DNA of 61,565 nt, the filler included, from Hausera hauseri (Eukaryota), in the NCBI GenBank assembly GCA_046269625.1. It is 11 parts of 11 records of this genome, joined end to end, with 100 filler letters (N's around TTAATTAATTAA, not from the genome) between each part and the next. Parts side by side here need not be neighbours in the genome. Positions count along the whole stretch, not along the records: positions 21,173 to 26,107 come from JBJURY010386702.1; positions 26,208 to 32,238 come from JBJURY010150422.1; positions 32,339 to 40,610 come from JBJURY010707658.1; 8 more parts are not named here. One strand, 5' to 3'. Shown here one piece after another: positions 22,246 to 33,649 of the stretch. How positions within the stretch are numbered: position 1 is the first letter of the stretch; each line of letters begins with the position of its first letter. The translations under genes were made by a program, and so were the position numbers. A model generated the notes under the pieces. The model had not been told where the DNA came from. It ran no database searches and saw only the letters and a list, made by a program, of their open reading frames with translations.

Positions 22246-25200
22246 TTCGATTCGTTTCCTCTGCGGTTTCCGGTTACGTTTCGTAGCAGGTCACCGAGCC
22301 TGTTGTTGTCGAAAAAGAATTCTCCTTTATGTTCTTCTTCCTTTTCGAAAAACTTCGACCAATTTACTTCTCGAGGTATTTTTCTGCCAGCCTTCCTTGC
22401 TAAGCTAGTAGCCTTATTAAATTCATTTTCGCGGTTCGGGTTGGTCTTTATGGCTAGATATAACATCACTTTCCTCAATTCCTCTACGGTATTTTCCATC
22501 ATAATCTTCTCAATCGTTGCTTCATCGCTTAAGGTACTTTTGGATAATTTATACCGGAGTCCTTTCATGGCTTTGGCAGCATTTAATATGGTCTTTTCTT
22601 TTTCATCTAACACATCGCCGTTCAAACTGGAGTGGTTCACTTTTCGTATCAGATCTTTCATTAGTTCATTCAGTTCCTCACTGTCTGCACTAAAGGTTGG
22701 TATGGACATCTGTCTCAGCTCTCTGATCAAATCTTCATTATAGTCGATTTCTTCTCTTACCTTCCGTGGCCTACCAATAGGTCGCTTCTGTTTCGTTACG
22801 ACAGGTATACCAACATTAATCGGTACTAAATTTTTATCGTATTGTTCATGATCTTCGTCTCTCTGTAAATACTCAATGTACACTACCGCGTTTCGGACTC
22901 CTATTATTCGTCCTACTGGCTGTTCGGCCTTTGCCTTCCTTATAGCCTCTTCTTTTGTCTCATCGTTAGCGATAGTTACCACTAACTGGTTTACCTCGTC
23001 CGGAATGATTCCAACCTCTATTAATAGTTCCGACTCGTCGAGCATTCTCCCTCTAAAATATAATCTATAGTTCACCTCTTGGTTGTAACCATTATTCTTT
23101 ATACATAATAATACATCCTTCACGGATGAATGTGTGGTGAATTCTTGCTCTTTTTCATCCATCCAATCTGCCGTTATTTTAACTTTAATTCCCTCGTCGA
23201 GCTGGTCCTTGGAAATTTGGCATATTCTTTGATTAGAAGTTTTGGCGCGGCATTGTAAACTGTCCCTTCGCCGGCTAATTTGGTTAAAGTGGGAACCCAC
23301 CATCTTAATTGTTTTTCAGTGAGGTTCACATTGATTAACCTAAATAGTTCCTTTTCAGTTTGTACCGGATCTAATAGCATTTCTACACAGAATTTCTGTT
23401 CTGGCGAGCATATCTCCGTTTCGTTTAAGTGTACTGGAGTTTTCGGGGTTTCGGCTATTATGGCATCCAGATATGCCTCCCAATCTGGTTCATTTTCATT
23501 ATCCGGTAGTGTATAACTTCTTGGTAGTGTATCAGTCGACTCTCTTGCACCCGTCATCTCTACGGTTGCTCTAAGTTCACGTAGCTTCTGTTGCATTATA
23601 ACCATTTGGGTGGGTCGGAAGCAGCGACCATTTCCTGAACTTCGATGTAGTACCGTTAGCAGCTGGCATAATTCCTCGGCTGATATAAGTCCCTTTTCCT
23701 GGTAATTAGTTAACTCGGAGGCTACGTCTCATTGCCACCTTTGTACAAATTGCGACTTGTCAGCCTTCTCTGCTTCGGTAAGAGCATATTTAACTTTACA
23801 TGGTTCGAGTTCTTTGGCGAGCTCGTCCAATCTCGTCGCTCTCTGTTTGGTTTTGATATTAGTATCTTCCACTTGCTGTATCTGGGGCAGCAGCTGTCTT
23901 AATTTCTCATCGCTGATTTCGGCCATAACTTTGGAGTCGGGGTCTATCTCGTCCCGTAGCCTTTTTATGAACTTGTCTTCTTCAAATTCCAAATATTGCT
24001 CATTTCTCATTTTAGTTAGTTCGGTATGATACCTTTGATCGACTCCAGGCATTCCTTCCTGTGGTTGATGTAAAAATGCCACTATCTCTTCGAGGGTCGA
24101 CCTGTGATTAGGACAAACGTCTAATGCCTTAAGGTCACGTACGGATATTTCTTTTATGGGCTTGGTGGCCAATTTTTGAATCCCTTCTAGACGGACTTTT
24201 CATAATTTCGAATAAAGGTCGTGCATCCGATTCCGTTTTTGCGCAAAGTTTGTTTCTTCAATCGTTTTGTATATATCCCCAAGTATCATCATTTCTTGTT
24301 CCTTGTCCATAAAATCCACTGAGCGTAAGGATTCGAATTTCGTTCGGATATCAATTTCTGCTTTCATCGTATCTAAATTTTGGGCGCCTTCTTCCAACCG
24401 CCTCTTCACTCTGAATTCGCTTTGCGGAAATTCATTCATCCGGCTACTTGTTAGTTTGCCCAACCTTGCTATTACTTTCGACCACTCATTCATTTGATTC
24501 TTGATGTCTGACTTTGCTAATATTGCTTTGTTTAACATCTTATTGGCATCTTCCAGTTCTTCATCTGGGCCTTTGAGGAAATCAATGATCTTACAGGCAT
24601 AGTCGAACTCATCTTTATATTCATCAAATTCGAGGATACAAGCTATAATTATTCTCTGTGTTTCATCGTTATTTGGGTACATAATTCTATTCTTTAGACT
24701 ATTTATCTGCGACCGTTTTTCGGCTTCGAGTTTGATACGACTTTCCAGGTTAGTGTATTGCCTTGTCGCATTAGAGGCGATTTTTATCATTTCCATTAAA
24801 GGTGGAATATCTATGGGGTCTATACCCAACACTTCCAAATCCGTTTCAGTCCTTTTTTGAACCGGTTTCTTTTTTATTTGCTCAACTATGATAAATCTAA
24901 TTTCGTCCATTACACGCTTTAAATTTCGTACCGCTCGCTTTAATTTCGGGTTTGCTTCTAATATTGCTAGCAGCGACTGAGCCTGATTCACTTTAGTTTC
25001 TATGTCTTGTGTGGTCTTATACCACATCTCTAAGTTTTTCGTCTCAACCTTCGTCCAGTGTTCTAATTCACTCTTCCATTGTGCTAACATTTCTTTTGCA
25101 ACTTCATCGGGTTGATCCAAATCTATGGCTTCATTTAACTTCCCTTCACTATACAGTTTCACCTTTTTATACAGTCTCTCGACAAACTGCTGTTCTTTGC

Positions 25201-26045
25201 CAGAAATATCCACTTGTTCACTTATCGCTTTGAGTTTCTCTAAATTCTGTTGTAATACCTCCGGGTCGTGACAATTTTCCCTCATTCTTTTTAACTCCTC
25301 GGCATTTTTCCACGAGCGCCTGATTTCCCACTTTTAGGGATCAAGTTTCTTTTCTTGTTCGGTTTCCTCTTCACTAGTAGGTATCGGACATACATCGTTT
25401 ATTTCATCCGCAAATTTTATCAATCCTTCTATTTCTCCGTGCGTGACTAAACTAACTTCTGGACAATTTGAGGCGTACTCGATGTGGCTTTCTGGTGCGA
25501 TTTTGATCTCTTTCTTTGTGCTTTACTTGCGCATGGGAGATCTTAATCTATCTTTGCCTTTTCGCTTCAACGAGGGACTAGGGCCTCTGTTTTTAGTAAT
25601 TTTAAGTATAAGCGGCTCTAGGAATTCTTCCTTCTCTTCAGCGTCTATTTCCTTAGTTATCTTTTTCATAGTATGCTCGGGCTCTACCTCTATAGTTACT
25701 TTATCCGGAGTCTCAGAATTTTCCATTTCGTCTGACTCTTTGCTTGTCCTAGAGAGGTTCTTCTGCCGTGCCATATCAGTAAGCCTTGGCGGGGCGATAG
25801 AACGTTTATATACCGTTTTTTGTTCATGATAAACTTCCATTAGTCTTAATTTGTGCTCATATTCATTTCTAGCTACTAAGAATTTAGGGTCACCAGTATC
25901 AGGCTGATTTTTCAAAAAACGCCTTAAATCTTGTATCTCAATAATCATGCCTGTGTTTCGACAAATGCCATATATTGCTTCTAGATTTTCGTTTCTAATT
26001 ACGTTAGTTTTACTAGGTTCCACGAACGAAACGCTTCGCGGATTC
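22246..26045 (-). pseudogene. Region X (~1,250 aa): RS/basic patch, helical/coiled segments with SAM-like repeats, ubiquitin-like domain, AT-hook
   Basis: Long co-framed ORFs. Ubl-like YRLYFRGRMLDESELLIEVGI; AT-hook KRPIGRPRK. Confidence 0.7.
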
Positions 26046-26414
26046 GGACAAGACCTCGCTATATGTCCTTCTTGTCCACATGTAAAACAGACTAAATTGC
26101 CATTTCTNNNNNNNNNNNNNNNNNNNNNNNNNNNNNNNNNNNNNNNNNNNNTTAATTAATTAANNNNNNNNNNNNNNNNNNNNNNNNNNNNNNNNNNNNN
26201 NNNNNNNGTCAGATTATTAATACGTGTCTGAAATTCACTTTTTCTCTCTAATGAATTTAAAATTGTAATATTTTTGATCAAATCTTTATGTATAAGATTA
26301 GGAAATCTCCAGACGTTTGAATTTTTGAGGATATGACAATTCGTGGGGAATCCACTTATCCATCTTTTTCACCTTTCAAATTTTATTAAGGTAACGACAT
26401 CGTTACTATGGATA

Positions 26415-27672
26415 ATAACTGAGCAAGAAGTAGAGGCACAAAATTCAAAACGCAATATAATGGAAACAGATAATTATTAGTATAATATAACTTAAACCGC
26501 CAGGGATTCGTCCTTAGCGCACACTCGTAGATTTTTTCGAAAGGCCTTGAAAAGGTTTTTTCCACATATTTGGCGATTTTTATCGACAGCGGTTTCCAAA
26601 TTCGCGTTATCTGGGCAACCGTTGATCCATTTTGCTTCTGATGATGGTACTCGGTCTTACATAACGCCAAAAGCGTTCGATAAGTCGGCATTGAGGTAGA
26701 TTAGGGGGATTCTCGGCCTTGGGTACGAATTGGATTCCAGCATCCGCAAATTTATCGGTAACAATGCGTGCGTAGTGGGCTGTGGCAAGATCAGGCCAAA
26801 AGAGAATCGGTTGAGGACCCTTCTTCTTTTCCAGGAGCGGCAATAACCTTTTTCCAATGCACTCAATCTTGTAGATCTCCACGTTGATGGTCCTTTGAGT
26901 GACAAAAGGTTCCGACACATCTCCGTCCTCCGCATTCGCTTGCCATATCATAAGTTTTTATTCAAATTTGCCGGTCTGCACGACAGTTTTTTCAAGTGGA
27001 ATTTCCTCTCCGGGAACATCATTGTAATATGCTGGTTGTGCGACCTGGGTGGGATTTGTTGGAACGTAAGTTTTATCGTGCAACACAAAAAAATTTTCCT
27101 TCCGGATTTGACGCTCAACTTATAAAGTTTTGCGCACCACTGCATGCAACGGACAATTTGGTTCGAAACGTACTTCGGTTTGAGACTCTTCTTTCTCCGT
27201 TTGATCCCGACCGACTTCTTGATGACTCGCAATGTTGACTTCTTGAGATCACGTTTACAAGCACGCACCTTGTTTGACAGCGTTGTGTTCTTTACGCAGT
27301 CGCTGATGACTCTAGCCTGTTACCTTAATGTGTTAATAACAGACTGTCGTCCCGGAATTAGCTTGAACAAAGCAGTGCCATTTCGTAGAAATGGTGAAAT
27401 GACATTATGGATGGTCCTGGAAATCCCTGAGTCACAAAATGTCGAACAATCATTTTACGATCTTCTCCATACTTCAGGACAAAATAGACTATTGACTGGG
27501 CCTTGAATTGGTTTTGCTGCCGGATCATGGTTGCATAAGAACGTGATTGATTTGACAGTTAATGAGATGTAGCTAACAAACTTTCAAACAAAATGTAAAT
27601 TTGAACCGTATCTATTAGAGAGCGTGCACAATAGCTCTTTAAATTTTGTGCCTCTACTTCCTGCTCAGTTAT
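26415..27672 (-). mobile_element. Tc1/mariner superfamily DD37E (ITmD37E-like) transposon with decayed transposase
   Basis: ~35-bp TIRs ataactgagcaagaagtagaggcacaaaattcaaa / tttaaattttgtgcctctacttcctgctcagttat, TA on both flanks. FWPDLATAHY...NPPNLPQCRLIERFW has exactly 37 residues between D and E. Confidence 0.9.
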
Positions 27673-30042
27673 TACGTCTAACTTATCTGCAAGGCACTGT
27701 AACGTAGTTGATGAATTATGTTCGACTTCCATCAGCAGTTCGTGGTCATCAACTGCCGTCTTCCTCGTGGAGCGTCTTCCAAGTTAAAATTACGTTTCTT
27801 GAGATTCAAAAACCAACGCCTTACTGTTCTCTCATTACAGGCATTTCGTCCAAATGCTTCATTAATTTCTAGTAGTTGTCGTTGCATTTAAGCCTTTTTT
27901 GAATTGAAAAAGGAAAATGACGCGAAAATCTCTTTTCGAAAGCATATCTATTGGAACATAAAACAAGTTGAATTAAGCATCTCAGAAAAAGAAATTGAAA
28001 TAAATCAGTTATTACATACCTATTTTAAAGATAAAAACACGTCCTTTCACTACAGGTGTATAATCGAGACTGATGACTTATTAGTTACTACGCATTAAAA
28101 CGGACGTTTCATGTGTAAACACCTGATACGAAATAGAAACTAACCCAGAAAGATGCTATTCGAATGGATTATGATGTTCGCTAAATTTAGATTTTAACAC
28201 TCGTAAACTTTCATCTGAATTGATATTTCGAAAATTTTGTCAAAATAGTGATAAACTTGTCCAGTTTAGCTTATTCATCTTATTGATAACTGAATTATTC
28301 TCATCTTCGAAAAATTGTGGATGATTCATGACAACCGCAACTGGCAAATGCTTTCCGTTAAAAGCGCCCAGACATAAAATAATTTTTAAATAATTATCAC
28401 AGGGTAAAACTTCGTGAAAATTTCCTTTTATCATAGCAAATGAAAAATAAAATTTTCTAGGCGGAGCTTTATTCGGGCCACATTTGTCGGTTGCGGTTTT
28501 TACGATGAGCCAACTTATGAAAAACACAAATTTTATTCGAGCAATACACTCAAAAAACCAAAAATGGCAATGCTGTAGTATCAAATTTTTCTATAAAATA
28601 GCGATTGCCAGCCAATAGAAAAACAGCCACCAAGGCCAAAACATAGAAACATACACACAAAAAGTCTTTAAAAGGTAGGGGTCCATAGAAGTCTATCGGA
28701 GACCTGGTAGAATGTGTGGCATGACGTACGCACGTGACCACATGTTTGTTGGGTTTTTTGCTGAAGTAATGTAGGGAATGGCGAGGGTGGTATTTGGGTG
28801 AGCAAGGGAGCCATGTTGAAGTCGGGATTTGATGTTTTCGGCGTCGTCTTATATTGGGGCCAGAAGTTAACCTTGGATGAGTCGGAGTAGATCCTTGTGT
28901 AAGGTTTGGCCAGAAGCATGGGCCATAAAGTGGCAAGCCATTCGAAACAGAAGATTGGTCGGTTATCCAGTTTTATGTTATTTTAATGTTTAACAAAATC
29001 ATATTTGACATAAAACTGTTAATGAATAATGCTACATTTCTGTGGTACATTTTTAGAGTAAAACTTTATATGAAAACTGCGAAAGCATTTTGCGAAATCA
29101 TGATGAACAAAAGTTTTACCTAGCAATAAACATGTCTAATTATTTCTTTTGTGCCTTGAATTAAAATTTTACCTTTAAATTAAACTAATAATGAAATATG
29201 ATTGCACCTTCAGAGTAACGAAAAATTTTAATGCGATTGCCCAACTTAGATATTGATTTGAAAATTACGGTACTTCTATGTGAAATCGTTTAAATTAAGG
29301 TGTACCTTATTTAACGTACGTATGTTGCAATTTTGCCATCATTAACACAGTTTAACCAATTTAATGCAAAATTGTATTTTTTTACAAAATTGTTCATGTT
29401 TTTAATTTCAAACTCCTACAAAAATTTGTAAAGAACTGCAACAATGATTACTTTTTCAATATGCCCAGTTCTTCTACATTATATATCTATTATTTTGTGC
29501 ACTCCGAGTCACATGGTTATGTGTCAGTGGCCTAAAAAGTTCTATGTTCCAATATTGGAACATGACAGAAAATGGGTTAAAGTCCTAATGTTAATAAATC
29601 TGATTGGACTATTTTGATGTAAATTAAAAATTTAAATTTTAATGTTTGAAACCATTTATACACATTCCATTGGTGTTTTTGTAAAATGATAATTTGTTAA
29701 TATATTCAATAAATGTACAAGTTGAATCATAGTATACAATGTCGATATTAACTGTGATTTTTGAATTATGGGTAGGAGTTCGTTAATAATAAAACATATT
29801 TTAAACGTGTGTATGGTGCTTTGTCCAAAAAACAACAACAACGTCCTTTTTCATTTATTGAATTTAATAGTCAAATTTCAAACACACATGAACGAAGAAC
29901 GTGTGACTCATTTTTATTGTATTGTATTCGTTCATTAAACTTACGCAGAAAAATATTTCGTAGATGAGAAAATAGTTTTAATTTGCAAAAATCGTACTCA
30001 CTAATTTCGGTCGTGGTATGGTAATGGAACAATAAGATGTTC

Positions 30043-30180
30043 TGAGTGGATAGAAGTGTCAGTTCGTTACCACTTTCAAAAATTCTTTCCATATCGGTTT
30101 TCTATATAATTTCCCCACATATCATGCTATAACGAACATTTCACTAAAATTTTTGGATGACCCCCCCCCCCGGTGGTAAA
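30043..30180 (+). repeat. Polinton left terminal inverted repeat (diverged)
   Basis: tgagtggatagaagtg...tttccccac...aacatttca...gatgacccc resembles the reverse complement of 38670-38805. Confidence 0.6.
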
Positions 30181-31019
30181 AGCGTTGGACATCGGACCGA
30201 TTCAAATCGGTAGAGCTCGACAAGGCGAGCAAAAGTTTGTAGCGCGGGTAAGTCCCCAAATGTAAGGGAGAGGAGCCAGAAGACGAAAAAGAAAAACAGG
30301 AAATGCATCACCAGAAACGCGTAACACATTCATGGCGTACTAATACAATGGGCATACGTCAAATCGATATCGGCGAGTCGAATGGACACACTTTCAACGT
30401 TTTTCGCACATGGGAACATGGGGAAAAATCGATGGGAAAAATTCAAACTCTAAAAATTTCCCATTGCTCAAGTCCAACGGCGACGAAAATTCAATGAGCA
30501 CGTAGCCCGTGACGAGAAGCACATTTCATATTATAAGCACCTCACTATTAGACGATTGCAAGTTGGTGAAAAATAACGCGAAAAGGCGTTGTTAAAATCT
30601 AAAGTTTTATTTTGTGTTTGTCGTGTCGTGTCGTGTCGTACAATAATCGAAATGGAAATTTTCAAAATCATCAGCGACATTATTATCGTCATCATTCTCA
30701 AACCATGAGCATGTAACCAGGTACTACCACTATCTCTTCTCACCGTGAACAAGAGGTGCGAGAAGGTGATTGACAATAACCGACCTGCCTGGCTGCATGC
30801 CTGTGTGAATGAAACTGTTTGCTGCAACAACTGCGCAAAATAAAAAGTTGTCGCGCCAAACAAAATATTTCTGCGTGCGCGTGCTTTTAGCAAAAGTGCT
30901 GGGAAAAATAACACGCACATGGATAACAAAATACTGTATTTTTCAAAATGAACACAAAGTAAATAAGTCAGTAAGTAGTAGAGTAGTAGTGTTCAAAACA
31001 TGATAATGATGATCAATGT

Positions 31020-31400
31020 TCATCCAAGTGTCTGTAATGTAAGCCACAATAAGTAGTAATGTCCACACAGTATAGTACTTGGATGTTGACAATGAAGTCT
31101 GTTATATTCAACGCAATATGACGATTGTCTTTCAATTTGAGAAACTAACGATGACGGATAGTAAAATACGAGCGGATCGGATATGTTTACGGCGAAGTTC
31201 GTAGGATGTATGTACACAGCAATCCAATGTTCGCCGGGTAACGATGACGTGTGTGTATTGACAATGAAGCCGCCAACACAGTCAATTTGTCGTATGTCGC
31301 GCGGTACACGGTCCAGCGGAAACAGACTGCGAAATTTCTCGCCCATGAGCAGTTTTCCGTAGCAATTGAGCTCGATGGAGCTAAATGTAAAACATGGGAT
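31020..31400 (-). pseudogene. Polinton adenain-like cysteine protease
   Basis: GGFIVNTHTSSLPGEHWIAVY...DPL...QHPSTILCGHY (H, D, Q and C catalytic pattern). Confidence 0.85.
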
Positions 31401-31478
31401 TAAAGCATAACAATATTAATAATCAATTACTTCATATTTTTGAGTAGTAATATGGCAAGAGTGATGCATTAAATTTAT

Positions 31479-32238
31479 TTATACAATGGCGGTTCCGCTT
31501 TTTGTTATTTTCAACTCGGCATTAAATACACCGTAAATATGCATCACGGTAAACTGTTGCAGCGCTTTGCCAAAGTGAACCTCTAATCGAAGGTTTTCCT
31601 CTTGACGTAATTAAGGCTTCTCAACACCATAGTCCGGGGACAGGACAAATGTGAAGAATGCGTAGGTGGACTTGAGCAAATCCATCGATATGCCATTGTT
31701 GATGTCTTTCTTGAGCAAACCTATGTTGCACACGACGGATTGTATATATGTGCAAACATAATCATTATATTCAAAGTTTTGTTTGTACGCCTCAACAAAA
31801 TCCGCATACCGACCCAAACAGATGTTATTCACATTGCTATGGGTAAACGTTTTCTAATCGGTCGTATAACTGCCCGTTTGTTGAACAGTAACGAGCACAA
31901 ATTTGGGCAATCGCATGTCGCCAAACAGGGCGTCCTTATAAAACGTAGATGAACCTTTGGGTATCGTGTAAAAGACGAGTTCTGTGCGTTGTATCTGGTA
32001 ACAGGCATTTTGTGTTTCCAAGCCCAATCGATGTCCCATGAGCACAGATGGTTCTATCTTTACAACACGTACGTATAATAGTGCCTCGGTAATTTTTAGT
32101 GTGGGTTTCAGATTTGCAACTGCGGTTTTCAAACAAAAGACATTGTCGCTTCGTTTGAGCTGAATCATGGCTTTAACACCGGGCAGTAGGTATTTCGGCT
32201 GATCGAAAAAGTCAAAGTACAGCGGTCCACACATTGTA
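31479..32238 (-). pseudogene. Polinton major capsid protein, C-terminal part
   Basis: GPLYFDFFDQPKYLLPGV, LYVRVVKI, RLPKFVLV, NLRLEVHF. Close homolog of 55535-56766. Confidence 0.85.
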
Positions 32239-32339
32239 NNNNNNNNNNNNNNNNNNNNNNNNNNNNNNNNNNNNNNNNNNNNTTAATTAATTAANNNNNN
32301 NNNNNNNNNNNNNNNNNNNNNNNNNNNNNNNNNNNNNNA

Positions 32340-32726
32340 CTTGATAGTGAACTGGTTGCGAGAGGAGCAGGTAATTTTGAATTTAAAGAAGATTTAGTAT
32401 CAATAGCATTGATTACAACAGATTGCATCTCTATAGAAAATCTAATTATTGTGTTAAATCAAGTGTACATTCACCGATTGTATGACACAAATTACTTTAA
32501 TACTATTGAAAAGGTACGCTGTGAATTAACGAACTTGAAAGCGAAAATAATGGACAAAGTACGAGACTGTTAGTTTATGTATGTACTATGTAAACAAAGA
32601 AAAGTGGTTACGGTCTTCTTAATGTGCAGCCATCTTGTTGTTTGTCAAATTTGTTCCACCAAAGTAACCCACCAATATCCAGAATGTGAATGTGCTGTAA
32701 GGGAAATTGTACACATTTATTACTAA
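32340..32726 (+). pseudogene. IAP-like C-terminus (UBA-like + C3HC4 RING)
   Basis: One frame with a single stop: ..NFEFKEDLVSIAL..IENLIIVL.. then YVLCKQRKVVTVFLMCSHLVVCQICSTKVTHQYPECECAVREIVHIYY*. Confidence 0.7.
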
Positions 32727-33649
32727 TGACTTCTACAATAACGGAACATGGGCTTCAATGACGTGGAGGTAATTTGTATCATTGTGATATGAGACAATAT
32801 TCACAAAGTAAATGTCTATTGTTTACAATGAAAACACACCTTTGATATAAATAGAGATGCAATTTCATTTCACGTTTATATTATTTAAAAAATGTCTTTG
32901 GAAAACAATTCAGCAGGTGACAATCTCTCAAAAAAAGCCACGGTACAGCGAATATTCGCTCAGAAATTCCCGATTGTATAATGGATACAACTTACATTAT
33001 CTGCACAACGCTATTCAATTGCCAATGACGCAAACGGTCAAAATCAAACCGGTGAAATATGGTCTATTGGTGAAAAATATCAGCGTCGATGATTTGGATA
33101 CAATGGAAGACAATTAGAAAAGTTAACAGTGATTTGGCGTTGAGTAACGATATCCGAGATACATCGTCGATTTTTCTCAAAGGAAATATAGCGAAAATTG
33201 TCAGTGCACATAGCGGAGAAACAGCAGCAGGAGCAGCAGCAGTTTTGTCACCGGAAGAAGTTAAAGGCTACCTGACACTGAAACTCAAAGGATTCAAGGA
33301 AAGGAGCGGCGTAAAATCACCAATATGGAAAATGGGGAAGTTTACTATGATTTAACGGACTTTGTGTATTTTTGTGATTTTAGTTTTTCTCCGATCAATA
33401 AATAAATGTATTCGTGTTACATATTTTCTTTTCACTTGCAAGGTTATTGTTTTACTTTTACTTCTATCTTATTTAATAATAGGTTAAGTAGGTAACCGAA
33501 AGCAAAACACAAAAGACACTGAACAAAATACGTTATTGAAATATAAAAAACAATATACATCGGATAATTGTCAATGATTATCACAGTAACTGAACTGAAC
33601 TGAACTGATTTGTCTGAACCTACAGATCACAGATTGTTTGGACGTGCAT

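Larger units (their letters stand above)
21173..26107 (-). mobile_element. Ty3/Gypsy family A, copy 2: CCHC knuckle - region X - signal peptide - Env (both ends at linkers)
   Basis: CFTCGQEGHIARSC at ~26050-26090. ORFs starting 26023, 25285, 24172 and 23605 share one frame. Frameshifts at ~23215 and ~22090 lead into Ubl/AT-hook and Env. Confidence 0.85.

Noticed and set aside
22105-22743. 212-aa plus-strand ORF (and similar ones at 23757, 25443, 43157)
   Set aside because: Antisense shadows of the retroelement polyprotein with no independent motifs.
30035-30042. 6-bp target-site duplication for Polinton A
   Set aside because: Left flank (agatgt) does not match right flank (taatca).
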